Origin: Anthoceros angustus
Lineage: Eukaryota; Plantae; Anthocerotophyta
Assembly: GCA_010909165.1 (NCBI GenBank)
Contig: MU008160.1
Span: 1,240,001-1,304,000, forward strand
Direction of reading: 5' to 3'
Length of the DNA stretch: 64,000 nucleotides
Below are positions 1-12,685 of the stretch, in pieces (the stretch's first letter is position 1; the number at the start of each line of letters is the position of its first letter). A program made the position numbers and the translations under genes. The notes below the pieces were generated by a model. It worked only from the letters and a program-made list of their open reading frames with translations. It was not told the origin of the DNA and ran no database searches.

Positions 1-420
1 ACCGTCCAGGTCAGTCCACCACCCCTGGCCTGGCTGCTGTGAAGGCTGTGGGTTAGGGCGCGAAGAGGGGACGCGTTTGTGACCGGCCTCGTCTTGTCCA
101 TGCACCTCCAAATTACCTATACGTCCGTATGGTGGTAATACACGGTATGTACCTGGGCATTCTGCCATATTCTGTTGTTAGACTCATCTTCCGACAGCGG
201 TCCGTAAACGATGGCCACATTATGGCAACCGGACCCGTTGTGGACCCAACAAATTGGTGTGTGTACAGGGATTCTACCAGGAGCTCCCGCTCACCTCATC
301 TCAGGGAGTCAACCCCTGGCAAACAAAGCCTCCAGGTGCAGCAGCGTAAGGAGCCCAACACTTCTACTTCTGAGAAATGGTGTGGGTAGGGATGGGTTTT
401 CCAGCGATGGTCGTTGCCAG

Positions 421-528
421 GAACAGGAGCACTTGTGGCAACATATTTTTCTGGACCCTACCATGTGGTGGGATAATAGACGAGAGAAGGAGAGCTCCCG
501 TTCGCCTGACTTCCGACTTCAGCATTAA
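421..528 (+). other. Isolated PDF-motif (OSB-type organellar ssDNA-binding motif) coding fragment
   Basis: The frame of ORF 211..528 reads EHLWQHIFLDPTMWWDNRREKESSRSPDFR, matching the W-x5-P-xx-WWDNR-xx-K-x5-PDF consensus. It ends at a stop and is out of frame with the transporter exon that follows. Confidence 0.6.
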
Positions 529-2266
529 CTCATGGCTCAACTGTGGGGCAGGGATTGTGGGGCTTGTGTGCTACGCCGTGGGTTGTGGCCTGCTCATTCT
601 GTTGCAGGGTTTCTTCGGCGCCCACATCACCAGGAGGCTGCCGAACGTCATGTCCTTCACAGACTTCGTTAGGAAGGTGAGTTAGCGGTGTTTGGTGCAC
701 TCGGAACTTGTTGTAGGATCCAATTCTTTACATGCTGGAGGATGCTGACTCCTGAACTGCTCTTCAGGGCTTTGGGGACGTGCTGATGTTGTGGGTCACC
801 CTCGTCATGATGCTCACCATAGGTATAGATCTTACTGCCGAGATGACAGCCGTAGGAGACCTTTTCAGCGATGTCATTGGGACTACCCGTGTACCCCTCG
901 TTGTCCTAATCGCCATGGTGTCTATGGTTTACACGGCTGGTGGAGGGCTTTACGTGAGCATGATCACAGATCAGCTGCAGGCTGGCCTCACCCTTGTACT
1001 CCTGGCAATTTTTATCGTGTTTGTGGCCGTCACCTTCAGGGAAGCACTTCCCACAAGTACCTCGGTGCCACCTACCCAGGTGAGTCACAATCTGTCTGTG
1101 TGTTTGCTGGCAAGGCTTGCTTCTTGGCAGGGAAGACTGTATAACCCATCACCTCGTGCTGATTGTGCAGGGTATGCCACGATTACCACTATGCCGATCT
1201 CCCTGATATCAACCTGGTTATTCAGTGAGGCGATATGGCAGCGCTGTTGGGCATCTGTCTGTGACCGAAAGTTGAAGCAGGGTGCTTTTTGGGGAGCTTG
1301 CCAGTTAATGTACATGTCCTCTGTATGTTAATCTGATGTTGGGGTTGAGAAAAGGCAATATGGTTAAGCAGGAGCTCTTAAAGGCTTATGCTCCGTGTAC
1401 TAGGTTATTCTTGTGTGCTTCCTTTCTGGATTGGGTGGGAACCTCGCAGCCTGGTCCGGGATTGTGCCTTCTGGACTAGATGACTACGGCAACACCATTT
1501 TCTTCTCTTCACATGGCTTACGAACAGTGAGGCAGTCCAGGTGTGGCACTGTCCCTGTCGTTACTATCTGATGTCTGTAGTCTCAACATATACCCTCTGT
1601 TTGTTTGCGTTGCACAACCCCAGCTTATTTGTGTTCTTCTTGCAGGTGGTATGGGTCACTATCCTCGTGGCTAATCTGACGGTGATCCTGAGCGAATCAG
1701 CTCAAGATTCTCTACAAAATGCTCTCACAAACTGCATTGCAGGTGTGTTTCTGCGAAACCAGTCTATTTGGTGCCGTCTGTTGATGGTTGTCCTAACGAT
1801 TCCATGCCTGGTGGTATCACTCGGGGCAGGCAAACAATGCCATCCCTTGTTGGATCTGTTTGTGAACTGATGACAAACACTGACTCCTATCGTGTTCATT
1901 TGCCCAGGGCTACAATATCAACAGCCTGTTCCTCATCAGCAACATCGTGCCAGCCACATCCGCACTCCCGACATGTCAGAGCTGTTCACCAGCTACTGGG
2001 CTGAGCGCATAGTGACACCCATCTCAAACCTTTGTGGTTGCTTGTCTGGACTCATATCTGTGATTGTGTATGCAGGCATCCGCAGCAACGGATGCCACAT
2101 TAGTGTGTCCAAATCCTTGCAGCCGAGTGCTCTTGCGAACGTAGAGGCAGAGCTTCTTGACATACGAGCTGGCATCTCTGACACGGAGCTCAAAAGGTTT
2201 GCTGAAAGAACAGCCATTTTCAAAGACGAGCCTATAAGAGGTCCTCACCCGTTCAAGCCAGCCTGA
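523..2266 (+). CDS. Sodium:solute symporter (SSS) family transporter, multi-exon; 5' exons unresolved
   Basis: Hydrophobic exons read GIVGLVCYAVGCGLLILLQGFFGAHITRRLPNVMSFTDFVRK, VYTAGGGLYVSMITDQLQAG, LFSEAIWQRCWAS and DMSELFTSYW. GT-AG boundaries are visible (e.g. AAG/gtgagt near 678). Stop at 2266. Confidence 0.75.
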
Positions 2267-5200
2267 TGTGACATTCGTGAAGCCCCGTCACAAGAATAAC
2301 AGGACTCGTGGTTCCAACTGGTCGCTTGCCTGCCGATGCAGAAACAGAGCTGTTCATCTCCCCACAGTTTCCACGCTGTCACAGTGTAAGTAGATGCAGA
2401 TGCCAGGTCTCCTGCAATCTGTCCGCCGTCCTTGGGGCACTTTTCCAGTGCAAGGCGGAGCATATCAATTGCCTGGCACCATTAAGGCCTTCACTTTAGA
2501 ATCATGTCTACATCCAAACTGATTGGTCAATCAGGATATAAGTCTGCCGCAACTTTGTGCAATAGGATACCTTCGAGAACATTGAGAGGGCCAATACGAT
2601 GGCCCCACTCTCCAGCACAGCGAAAAGAGGAGAACAGCTGTCCGGAGCCAGCAAAGCCTGTGAAACACGAACCATGTTAAGATCCCAAATAGCATGGACA
2701 CAAGGTGAACAACATGATTTCACTGGAGTAGTCAGAGCACCTTCAATGCAGCAGTCAACATTCCCATCTGCCGGTATGCTAAACCCAAGGCCTGGATATA
2801 AACAGGTATAGTGAAAGCACTTGTTCTACAAGCACCACGACAGTTCCCAAGTCAGGAGTGTGAACAGGTAGCCTGTAGTAGAATCACCTCCCAGGACTGT
2901 GCACCTCCCAGGACTGTGCACCTTCAGGATATCCTCTGAGAGCCAGTTGTAAACTCAATCCTTCACTACGTGATACGGAAAAGGTGGCACCTGCGATTCT
3001 CAAGTTCAACATTTGTTCGCCTCTATGAAATTGTGTAGGTCACAATGATCTGCCTTGACACTGATTACGGTGTCATTGTGTCATTACGATCTGGAATCGA
3101 TAGAACCGCAGAGCACAGTTTTGAAGCAACAAAATAGACCGGAAAGCTAGAACTTGTGCTCACTCACTCATGCTTGCACAATTGCAGCCACAAAAACTAC
3201 ATGTTCAAGTTTGCAGTCCCACCTCATGGTGGGAGGTCTGAAAACACCTGCCTACACAAACACCTACAACCCTCCTACAAACCCTGCTCCGCTCACTCTG
3301 GAAAGAGCCGTAGAGCAAGGCCTCCATCCTCTTGTGCCCCAGTGCGTGACCCCTCCGCTTCCGAGTTCGCAGGCTGCGTCGGCGCAGCCTGAGGGGGAGG
3401 AGCCCGCAACGGGGAAGAGGCAACTGCAGCCGGCTGTGGCATACCATGGCGAGGTGCCTCCGCCTACGCCTATGGAATTGGAGGTGGAGGTGGAGCAAAA
3501 GGCTTCCCCTGCATGAAATGGAAAGGTGGTGCGGGGAAAGGGAGAGGTGGGCGGTGGCGGGAGGGGGAGGGGGTCTCGGATGCGCAGCTCCTTGAGACAT
3601 GGATGCAATGTCGCTGCCGCTCATGATATCCATGAACATTGCCGCACTCGGGCTTCCACCGCATGTTAGGGGCACTTGGGGCATCCTCTCCATCATGCCC
3701 TCCACCTCCGCAAACAAGAACCTTAGGTCGCGCACCTTGTCCACGACCTCCAGTGTGGCCATGGCGCCACTCATGGTCGCATCGATAGCAACCGATGAGC
3801 GAGTGGACGCCATAATGCCCGAAACTCCCGGGCGCACGCTCAAGGCCGCCTTGAGATGTGCTCGCCATTCCTGCTGGTGCTCGCACTCACCGCCTCCTCG
3901 GCCGAGCACCGAGTTCGCACCTTCGGCCTCGCCCCCATCCATCTTCCCCGGCCAAGGCCCGCCCGGCTTGGTTTGCCGCCGCCTCCTCCCGCAATTGCGC
4001 CTCCTCTTCTTCTTCCGCCCACACACGCCTTGCCTCCAGCTCCACAATGAGCTCGGCCAACTCGCTCTTAGAGTGGCCGCCTCCTCCTCCCGCAATTGCG
4101 CCTCCCCAAACGACGCTCAATCTTTCACGGCGCTCTACATCGTACATGCGGACAAATTGCCATCCGAGTCATAGATGATTCGGTATGGCCTCGCCCACGC
4201 CTTCAACACCGCAACCCCAACTCATCAAGCGCTATTAGCATCGTTATCAATCCCATCTCGCAACCAAAGAGCAACCACAACTGCTATTACCATCGGAGTC
4301 GCCCGAGATTTCGCACCCTTGCCCTCCACACCTCGCCATTCAATTCCTCCACAGCCGCCTCCTCCCCTTTGCGGCCGTTGTGGCATCCACCTCCGGAGCG
4401 CCCGCCCGGCTTGGTTTGCCGCCGCCTCGCCACCTCCGCCTCCTCACCTCCTCCAACCACGATTGGCGGAGGCAGAGAGGAGCCGCCTCCTCCCAAGGCA
4501 TGTCCGCGAGCTTGTTGTGCTAGCGATCACCGCGCCCTATGCCCACGCAGCTCCTCTTCGCGGGCTGTCGCCGCATCCCGTGATTCCGCAGTGCGTGAAT
4601 GGGATCGTCCCACCGCCGGCGGGCTGCACCCAGTTCCACTATGGCGGTGTGTGAAAAGGAGTTCCACGCTCATGGCATGTGCGTGCCAATTGCAACCTCA
4701 TAGCCGCAATCGTGATTGCGAGCGCGGCAGCAAGCACGCCAACGCAGAACCGCAGCCCCCAAATTTGTTGCTTGCCACGAAGGTGGCCCTTGTGTTCCCG
4801 CCTATTCCATAATAGCACTTTTGGTTAGAATTGGCCGAGTCATTCGCTTCCGCGCATGGGTCCGCAACTCGCCATTACCCTTAGGCGGCGCGATGATGCC
4901 TCCTTGCGACACGGCATTCATGATGCTGAGCACGGATATCGTTCAAAAATAATCATGGATTCTGCGCCCTCGTACACGCCTCCTCTTCGCAGTGGTGTGC
5001 GCCTCGTCAAGTTATTGCGTCCACATTGCCTTCCAGAGCCAACTACATTAAAAAAATGGCACACCTTCAAACTCAACGCCACCACCATGAGAGTTGTCAC
5101 ACGTGCTGACTCTGCCTTGCCATCAGCGTCTGCATGTAGCTGGCAGAGATCTCTGTGACATAGTGGGCCGCACATTGCAGCTTTAAATGCAGTCGCATAG

Positions 5201-6779
5201 CTACAATGCAACCAGAAAACTGCAGCCACGTTGCAAATGCATTGGCGTAGCGGTGCAACCATGGAACAGTCGCAGTGCGTGAATGGATCGTCCCACCGCC
5301 GCCATCCTTTGCCCGGTGCGGGCCGTGATAACCGCGATCTTGGTGGTGGGGTTGCGCGACCTCTTTTAAAGGTATTAAATTGCAAGCGGCCCTTCACATC
5401 TAGGAAATGTTATATTGTTGCGAACACAACTCCTACCCCTACCACACACTCCCTCGCCTCAGCCCTCCCCTCGCCCGCCTGCCCCGCCTTTCTCCAACCC
5501 CTTCTCCACCCCTAAATCCTCCACCGCCACCACCGCCACACCCATCCATCGTCCCCCCGCTGCTCGACACACCCAACCCCATGGCCGCTTTTCACCCTTT
5601 TCCCATTCCCATCCCCTACATTCCCCACCCACCCCCACGAACACACAGCCCTTCCTAAAACCCCATCCACCACCGCCGCCCCCATCCCCGGCCCCGCGCC
5701 ACCCATGCACACACCCGCCTCCTAAACCACCCCGTCTCCCCGCCACACATTCCTTATTTCCTGCTGGCCCTCCGTCACCCGCCTGCCGTCACACCCAACC
5801 CCTAAAACTAGCACCTCTCCCCTGCCTCCCTCCCTCCCTCCCTCCCCACTCCCCAAATAATATTTTCTTCTTTATTTTTTAAGTTTTGCAGATTGCTGCA
5901 AACTGACCAAATACTGGTGCCTTAGACAAACTCGTATTTCAGTCTCCAATTACATGGGATGTGCATATATTCCTTATCCACATGATTACAAAAGCGTGGG
6001 AAATTGATGTCCTATTACACAAAAGGCAAGTGGAATTGCAGGGTTCGCCCTCACCCTTGTGCCCGCAACTATTTGCTGGGCGGTTCGGGTCACAGGTATA
6101 GGCATGGGAGGATCTGGGGTGGGTCGGGTCACATGTGTAGGCAAGGGAGGATTTGGTTCATAACATATTCCATTTTGAATGTAATAGGTTCATTAGAACC
6201 ACATAGTAACGTCTTACAACACTCCTAGGATATTTACGAGTGCACAAATTCACGTGCGATGTCATTATGGTTTACGCCAAACGTCAGAGCATTACAATGA
6301 ACAGCAGTAGTCTGTGGAATCTGGGAAAAGTCAGTTGTGCCGGCAAAGGCCCATGTACAACTGAGATGGGTGCGCGTGACAATAGGTTGGTAAAGACAAA
6401 GGAGGCAGCCACCGAGTTTAGTTCTGGAATACCAATGTCCTCAAGGGCCATCCAGTGTGACGGCATACACCATGGACCACATTAGCCCCAGTCGGGTCGT
6501 GCACGGGGCAAAAACTTTGTATGACACGATGATAGCCTGGTGTTTGGCATAGCGGGACCAAAAATAACAAAATTTTCAGGTAATGTTTGTAGAGCTTGAA
6601 GCGGGGAGCATGTGAGCAAGTTGAGAACTGTACTACCGGCTGATGATGGGCTTCACAGCTGTTCACCATTTGGTATACGACTATTTCTATGCCATGTATC
6701 GTTCGCATTTTTTGTACTGACAAACAAGTAGGAGTGGGCTGCAGCGGGAAGCAAGCACATTTGAGGACTCACTTTACTT

Positions 6780-7110
6780 CACCTGGTTGCGAATCATGGT
6801 CTAAAAGGAGAAATCTTGCACAATGTTCTTCTTTTACTTGCGAATCATGGCCTAGAAGAAAAAACCTCCCACATTGTACTTCATCTGGCTACGAATCATG
6901 GTCGACAAGGAGAAACCTCCTACAATGTGCTTCATCTGGATACGAATCATGGTGTAGAAGGAGAAACCAGCCAGAATGCTCAGCATCTGGCTGCGAATCA
7001 TGGCCTAGAAGGAGAAACATCCCACAATGTACTTCATCTAGCTACGAATCATGGTCTAGAAGGAGGAACATCCCATAATGTACTTCATCTGGCTACGAAT
7101 CATGGTCGGA
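6780..7110. repeat. 51-bp tandem repeat, about 7 copies
   Basis: The core cgaatcatgg recurs every 51 bp, starting near 6790 and ending near 7096. It is open in two + frames (NHGLEGETSHNVLHLAT / ESWSRRRNIPQCTSSGY). Confidence 0.95.
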
Positions 7111-8850
7111 AATGAGATACCACGCACACCTCCCATAGCATAAAGTGCAGTGGGGATGGAGAGAATTCGGTCATACCTAGGCTGAGCCCCTTGTTGTACC
7201 CACGAGAGCAAGAACGAAGCCGGCACGCGGGAGCGAGTCCGGCAAGGCGAGGGCAAACCCTGCAATTTCACATGCCGTTTTTCGAAGGCCACAACAGTCT
7301 TGGTTGCGGCCCCCTCGTGTACCGATGTCGTCTTGTTGATGATGCACAAGAACATTTCACGATGATGGACACAAAGGTTGTCCTCTCACCCACTTTGGCC
7401 TATGGTTTAGCGTTCCTTCATCTCATGGGCGTTTCCGTGCCAGTGCATCATGCATATGCTGGATGCTATATGTGAGCGGTTGCGTTTCAGAGGTGCAGGA
7501 GGCATTGGGGAGTGACGAGAAATGACATAAATGGACCCTAAACCCGTGCCTAGGCGAACACACCGCACCTCTGTATTTGCCCCTTGTACCATTGTTTGGG
7601 ATAGTCCCGGTATGATGCAATGCCATGTATCGGACTCATTTTGCATACTGACATATCCATTTGTTTCCAAAAATTTGCATGTGCACAAAAGCGAACATCG
7701 TCATCCATGTCAGGCAGAAGGGGTCACGAAATTGGCTGGCAAGGATAGCGTGGACTAGACGGTCAACACAAAGCAAATGAATTGGGTTTATGCAATGTTC
7801 CGCACCCGGCTGCGAATTGGAATGGAGTTCCCAATTCTTGAATAATACACATTTTGTTGGTCATACCTGAAAAAGGAAAGTTGACGCATAGAAGGGCACA
7901 TTGATGTGATGCATATACGCCATACGGAGAGGATGCAGGGTCGTGCAACTAACGATTTGCAAGAGGCAAGTACTTCATCGCTACGAATCATGGTCGGAAA
8001 TGAGATACCACGCACACCTCCCATAGCATAAAGTGCAGTGGGGATGGAGAGAATTCGGTCATACCTAGGCTGAGCCCCTTGTTGTACCCACGAGAGCAAG
8101 AACGAAGCCGGCACGCGGGAGCGAGTCCGGCAAGGCGAGGGCAAACCCTGCAATTTCACATGCCGTTTTTCGAAGGCCACAACAGTCTTGGTTGCGGCCC
8201 CCTCGTGTACCGATGTCGTCTTGTTGATGATGCACAAGAACATTTCACGATGATGGACACAAAGGTTGTCCTCTCACCCACTTTGGCCTATGGTTTAGCT
8301 GCCTTCATCTCATGGGCGTTTAGTGCGATGCATCATGCATATCTTTGGATGCTATATGTGAGCGGTTGCGTTTGAGGTGCAGAGGCATTGGGGAGTGACG
8401 AGAAATGACATAAATGGACCCTAAACCCGTGCCTAGGCGAACACACCGCACCTCTGTATTTGCCCCTTGTACCATTGTTTGGGATAGTCCCGGTATGATG
8501 CAATGCCATGTATCGGACTCATTTTGCATACTGACATATCCATTTGTTTCCAAAAATTTGCATGTGCACAAAAGCGAACATCGTCATCCATGTCGGGTCA
8601 CGAAATTGGTCAAGGATAGCGTGGACTAGACAGTCAACACAAAGCAAATGAATTGGGTTTATGCAATGTTCAAGACCGCTGAATTGGAATGGAGTTCCCA
8701 ATTCTTGAATAATACACATTTTGTTGGTCATACCTGAAAAAGGAAAGTTGACGCATAGAAGGGCACATTGATGTGATGCATATACGCCATACGGAGAGGA
8801 TGCAGGGTCGTGCAACTAACGTATTTGCAAGAGGCAAGTACTTCATCTGC
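7081..8850. repeat. Direct tandem duplication of a ~870-890 bp unit
   Basis: atcatggtcggaaatgagataccacg occurs at 7099 and 7987; gcaagaggcaagtacttcatc occurs at 7959 and 8827. The ORF track shows the same peptides twice. Confidence 0.95.
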
Positions 8851-10038
8851 TTGCGAATCTTAGTCGCAATTCTAGAAGGCCTTCAAGTTCATTGCAAAAT
8901 GTGTCGTGGGCATTTTTTATATATGTAAGGAAGAGGGATTTGTTTCCGATGAATCACCCGATTATACGACGATGGGCCATTTCGGTACAGAAGTTTTTTT
9001 TTTTTTACGAATGTTGTTTCTGCTGTGCACGCAGTACATAGCTAATTTGACGCACTAATACCGAGGTGCCATGAGGCCTGTTATGAAATGCCATATATTG
9101 AGATGATTGGACAGGGCAGAATGGACTAGATATTCGACAAAGAGCATAGAGACAGGTTGTCGAAGCAGAGAATAGTATAATTGCTTGAATGGTGTAATTG
9201 AACGCCAGTTTGTAAATGACAGTGAATAACACACGCAGGATACGTGCGTTCTGCACTGTCATTTGCAAACTGGCATTCAATTAGACTATGCACACAAAGA
9301 GCATGGGGAAAAAGGTTGCCCATGAGATGTGGGAAACACATAGACTGATGTACCAATAGACCAATTTCCATCCACTATTCTACATTTGTGGGATGTTGAT
9401 ACGGTGCACTTGTGAAAATAATGTGGCCTTAGGATGCACAATTATATGGAGGGCTAGTAGGAGAGGCATGTGTAGACAAAGCGTCCGCAACGGTTACCTA
9501 TTTCGATATACCACACTGAAGCATTTTGAAAAGAAAAGGGGGGTAGAATAATAGGAGGTATATAATAGTTCAACCAATCAAGGGAAGAATACAGTACATG
9601 GATGAATAATAGAATTGGTCATGGACCGGAGGGAGTCCCCTTCCGGCGGTGGATTTGGGCTATATATGTCGAAAGGGTCCGATAAAAACCAATAAAATCA
9701 GACCAAAAAACAATGTGATGCACACCTTTCGGCTGCCGTAAAGTGGCGCGCAAAAACGGTGTGAGGATAAGGGGGTGGCAGATAGATACAGCGAATAATG
9801 TATTCCCCGACAGCTGTAGCAGCTGCTATACACCCCGGTGTGAGGAGATGCCCTTTATTCGTATTGAGGCAAATAAGGGCCTGACAGTAGCCGGTGAACG
9901 CAGCAACGTGACAGGCAACATGCCAATGTGCGTCTTAAATTCGGCCTTGCAGCCCCCGTGATGCACGCTGGCGGGTGCCGTCCTCCTTCGGGAGGATGAC
10001 AAACGGGGGAATTTTCCGTGCCTAAGGTGGGGTGACGG

Positions 10039-10736
10039 ATGGGGGAGGGAGGGGAGCGGGGTCGGGGTTTCGGAGGCGTAAGAGGGTCAGGCAATAGTTT
10101 TGCACGCTGCAGATTGGGAAAGGCAAGTTCGGTGCAGCGGGTAGAGGGAACAAGCAAACGCGACCACCCTGTGCGCAGGATAAGGGCCGCGGACTGGGAC
10201 ATCCCCGGCCATGTGCCTGCAATAGCGTTCCAGGAAGAGGCTTGGCTCCAAGGGTGGGTGCAGCCACCCGCATATGGGACTGCGGAGGAAGATGGCAAGG
10301 AGTTCGATGTCTGTGGTCCTCAATATGCACAGAACGTGGCCCCCGAGATGCCACCGCTAGGCGTGATTGAGCTGCTGTCCGGGGTGAGTCCTCGGCTGCA
10401 GCACACTTGTCTTTCTGTGTGTACTTTGCAGCTGTTTTCCGTCATGTAAGGTTCCATCCCTTGAGCATTGCAGCTGCTCGATACTCAAACGTGTGTGCCA
10501 CTGCTGTGCGCCGTGCAGGAACTGTATGTCGTGAGGGACAATGCCTATGCGAAGGGCTTGGAGGGCATGGACTTCCTCCCCGATATGTACCGCCTGCACC
10601 TGGCACTGACGACATTGTGCAGGGAGTGCAGGAGCGGGGGGAGGGAATGCCCGAGTACCTCCAGCAGTGGACGCAGGCTGAAGCCACGCCATGGGCGTGG
10701 ACAGATGTCACCCTGCTGCGTTATATAGTCCAGTAG
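10039..10736 (+). CDS. Possible two-exon hypothetical protein
   Basis: ORF 10039..10449 has a GGG/gtgagt donor near 10384, and a ttgcag acceptor near 10473 joins in phase to LLDTQTCVPLLCAVQELYVVRDNAYAKG. No family recognised. Confidence 0.3.
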
Positions 10737-11229
10737 GCCCTTTGAAATGTACGCTTGTGCACTGCAGGCTTTTTTGGGTGCAAGCCTTCAATTTCAAACA
10801 GTTGGATCATAGTATGCTTACGGGCATGGAACAAATAGGCTTTTAGTTAGTTGTGCATTCGTCACAATGTTTCACAGCCTCACGACGGAAATCCGTCCTT
10901 AGTGGACTTAAATAAAATTCTTCTTCTTCTTCTCACATGAAGATATTGTCCAAGAGAGGCGTTTATTCCAATTAGACCTGCAGGTAATCTGTGGATCCCT
11001 TGGCTGGTTAACACATTGGCAGATAGTTGAAAAGGTCTCAATGAATCTGAAAGCATGTTCTTGTCATTGACAGTATGCAGCAGGAAAGGCTGGAGTACAG
11101 CCAACCTTTGCAAAGCTCCTGAAGAGGAGCCTGTGCAAACACGAAGAAGTTCGTGCCTGGTGCTCAGAGAGTCGAAGCTATCTTCAAGTACAGCAGGTCA
11201 GACAGGCTTCACTGTTGCCCTTCTATCGA

Positions 11230-12195
11230 TAGCTCCTCTTCACAAACCCTAGCAGGCTCCTCTTCACAAAATCCTATCAAGGCAAGGGAGGGAAGAAACC
11301 TCCAAGCTCCAGCTCCAGTCATGCAAGCTCCAGCACCACGCAGGTGTCGCAAATCAACAGCGACCACTAAGTTCAGCCCTCGCGCACGACATAGACCTGG
11401 TCATTGATCGACATGGCCCATACTGGATCGACCAGGCATGGAGCGCAGCTCCTTCCAGACCCGTCCCGAAAAATCGAGCCACACGGGGCTCAAAGTTAGT
11501 GCTCACCGGGCGGGCCACGCAAAGTAGCCAGTCCTACACACTGACGAGTCCGCAGCTAGAGACGGGGGGCAAACGTTCTCTGCGATGGCCATGGGAGCAC
11601 TTCTAACCTGGTTCAGCTGTCCCGCGTCAGCCTGGGGGAGTCGGAGCTTGTCGCCGCGAATCCGCTAGCACTGCGCAGGACAGGTGGACCACGTTGGAAG
11701 TACTCCCGTGGCTGTTGAAGGGGAAAAGGCTCGTCAGTGCATCCGAGTGAGCGCTAACATTGAGCCCCGTGTGGCTGCACATATGGGAGCTCGATCACAG
11801 CTCCATTCCCTGGTCGATCTATACTCGTTCTGGAGAGTATCAACCAGGCCGTCCTTAGTCGTTTTGGAGAGTTATATGGGCCGGGCCGTCCATAGTCGTT
11901 TTGGAGAGTATAGGCCAGGCCGTCCAAAAACAGATCAAAGTCCTGGCGGGGCAGGACGAGGTCCATGTCGTGCGCGAGGGGCTGAACTTTAGTGATCGCT
12001 GCCGATCTGCGACACCTGCCTGGAGTTGGAGACGGAGGGTTGCTTCCTCCAAGCCTTGGAGGTTGCTTCTCCTTGCCTTGGACTCGGAGGTTGCTTCCTC
12101 CTTGCCTTGGACTTGGAGGTTGCTTCCTCCTTGCCTTGGACTTGGAGGTGGCTTCCTCCTTACCCTACTAGGGTTTTGTGAAGAGGAGCCTGCGT
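11230..12195. mobile_element. Foldback/MITE-like element with long imperfect inverted repeats and internal 27-bp tandem repeats
   Basis: The left arm (gcaggctcctcttcacaaaa...gcaggtgtcgca...aagttcagccctcgcgcacgacat, ~11250-11400) is the reverse complement of the right arm (~11960-12195). ggaggttgcttcctccttgccttggact is repeated in the right arm. Confidence 0.6.
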
Positions 12196-12685
12196 CGCTT
12201 CTACCCTTCCTTGCAATTTGGCAGCTATGGATGTAGCAAATCACTCTGACTCTGTGGATCTGATGTGATATGTGATCCCAAGACGGAATCGAAGGTACAT
12301 ATCTCGAGGTGAAAGACAAACATATATTTCTTACGGAATTAACTCCTTTTGTGAGTAATATTATATTTATATTCTACTTAATTTATAGGACCCCGAAAGC
12401 CCTTGTAGCAGCGGAGATGACCGACCACTCTACCAGGAAAGCCTTATAATGATAGTACGGGCCATCGCGGGCAGGGATCTTGGAGAGCCTTACAACATGA
12501 GCCTATGGCGGACAGAGAGCCTTCCAACATGGGCTAGTCGATTGCGAGCAGAGATCGAGGAGAGCGTTACGGCGCGTGATGTGTCACATTTACGGGCGCG
12601 TTGGATTGCATAGAGAAAGTCCTGAGACGCGAGAGCAATCGTTCTACAGCGCTGGGCCTGCTTCGCCTCGCGTTGTTTGTGACGC

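Noticed and set aside
2300-2800. Possible LINE zf-RVT remnant (PCVHAIWDL) on the minus strand
   Set aside because: Only a few residues match; no RT motifs or intact CCHC.
3205-4812. Long GC-rich ORFs (296, 191, 238 aa) as genes
   Set aside because: Low complexity, open in several frames on both strands, no recognisable domain, and built from local repeats.
5407-5882. Pro/His-rich extensin-like ORFs
   Set aside because: Products of a C-rich low-complexity tract, with no signal peptide or SPPPP periodicity.
6780-7110. CRISPR-like or ankyrin-like reading of the 51-bp array (VLHLATNHG)
   Set aside because: Units are contiguous homologous repeats with no unique spacers and no cas genes, in a eukaryotic context. 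A 17-aa period does not fit the 33-aa ankyrin repeat.
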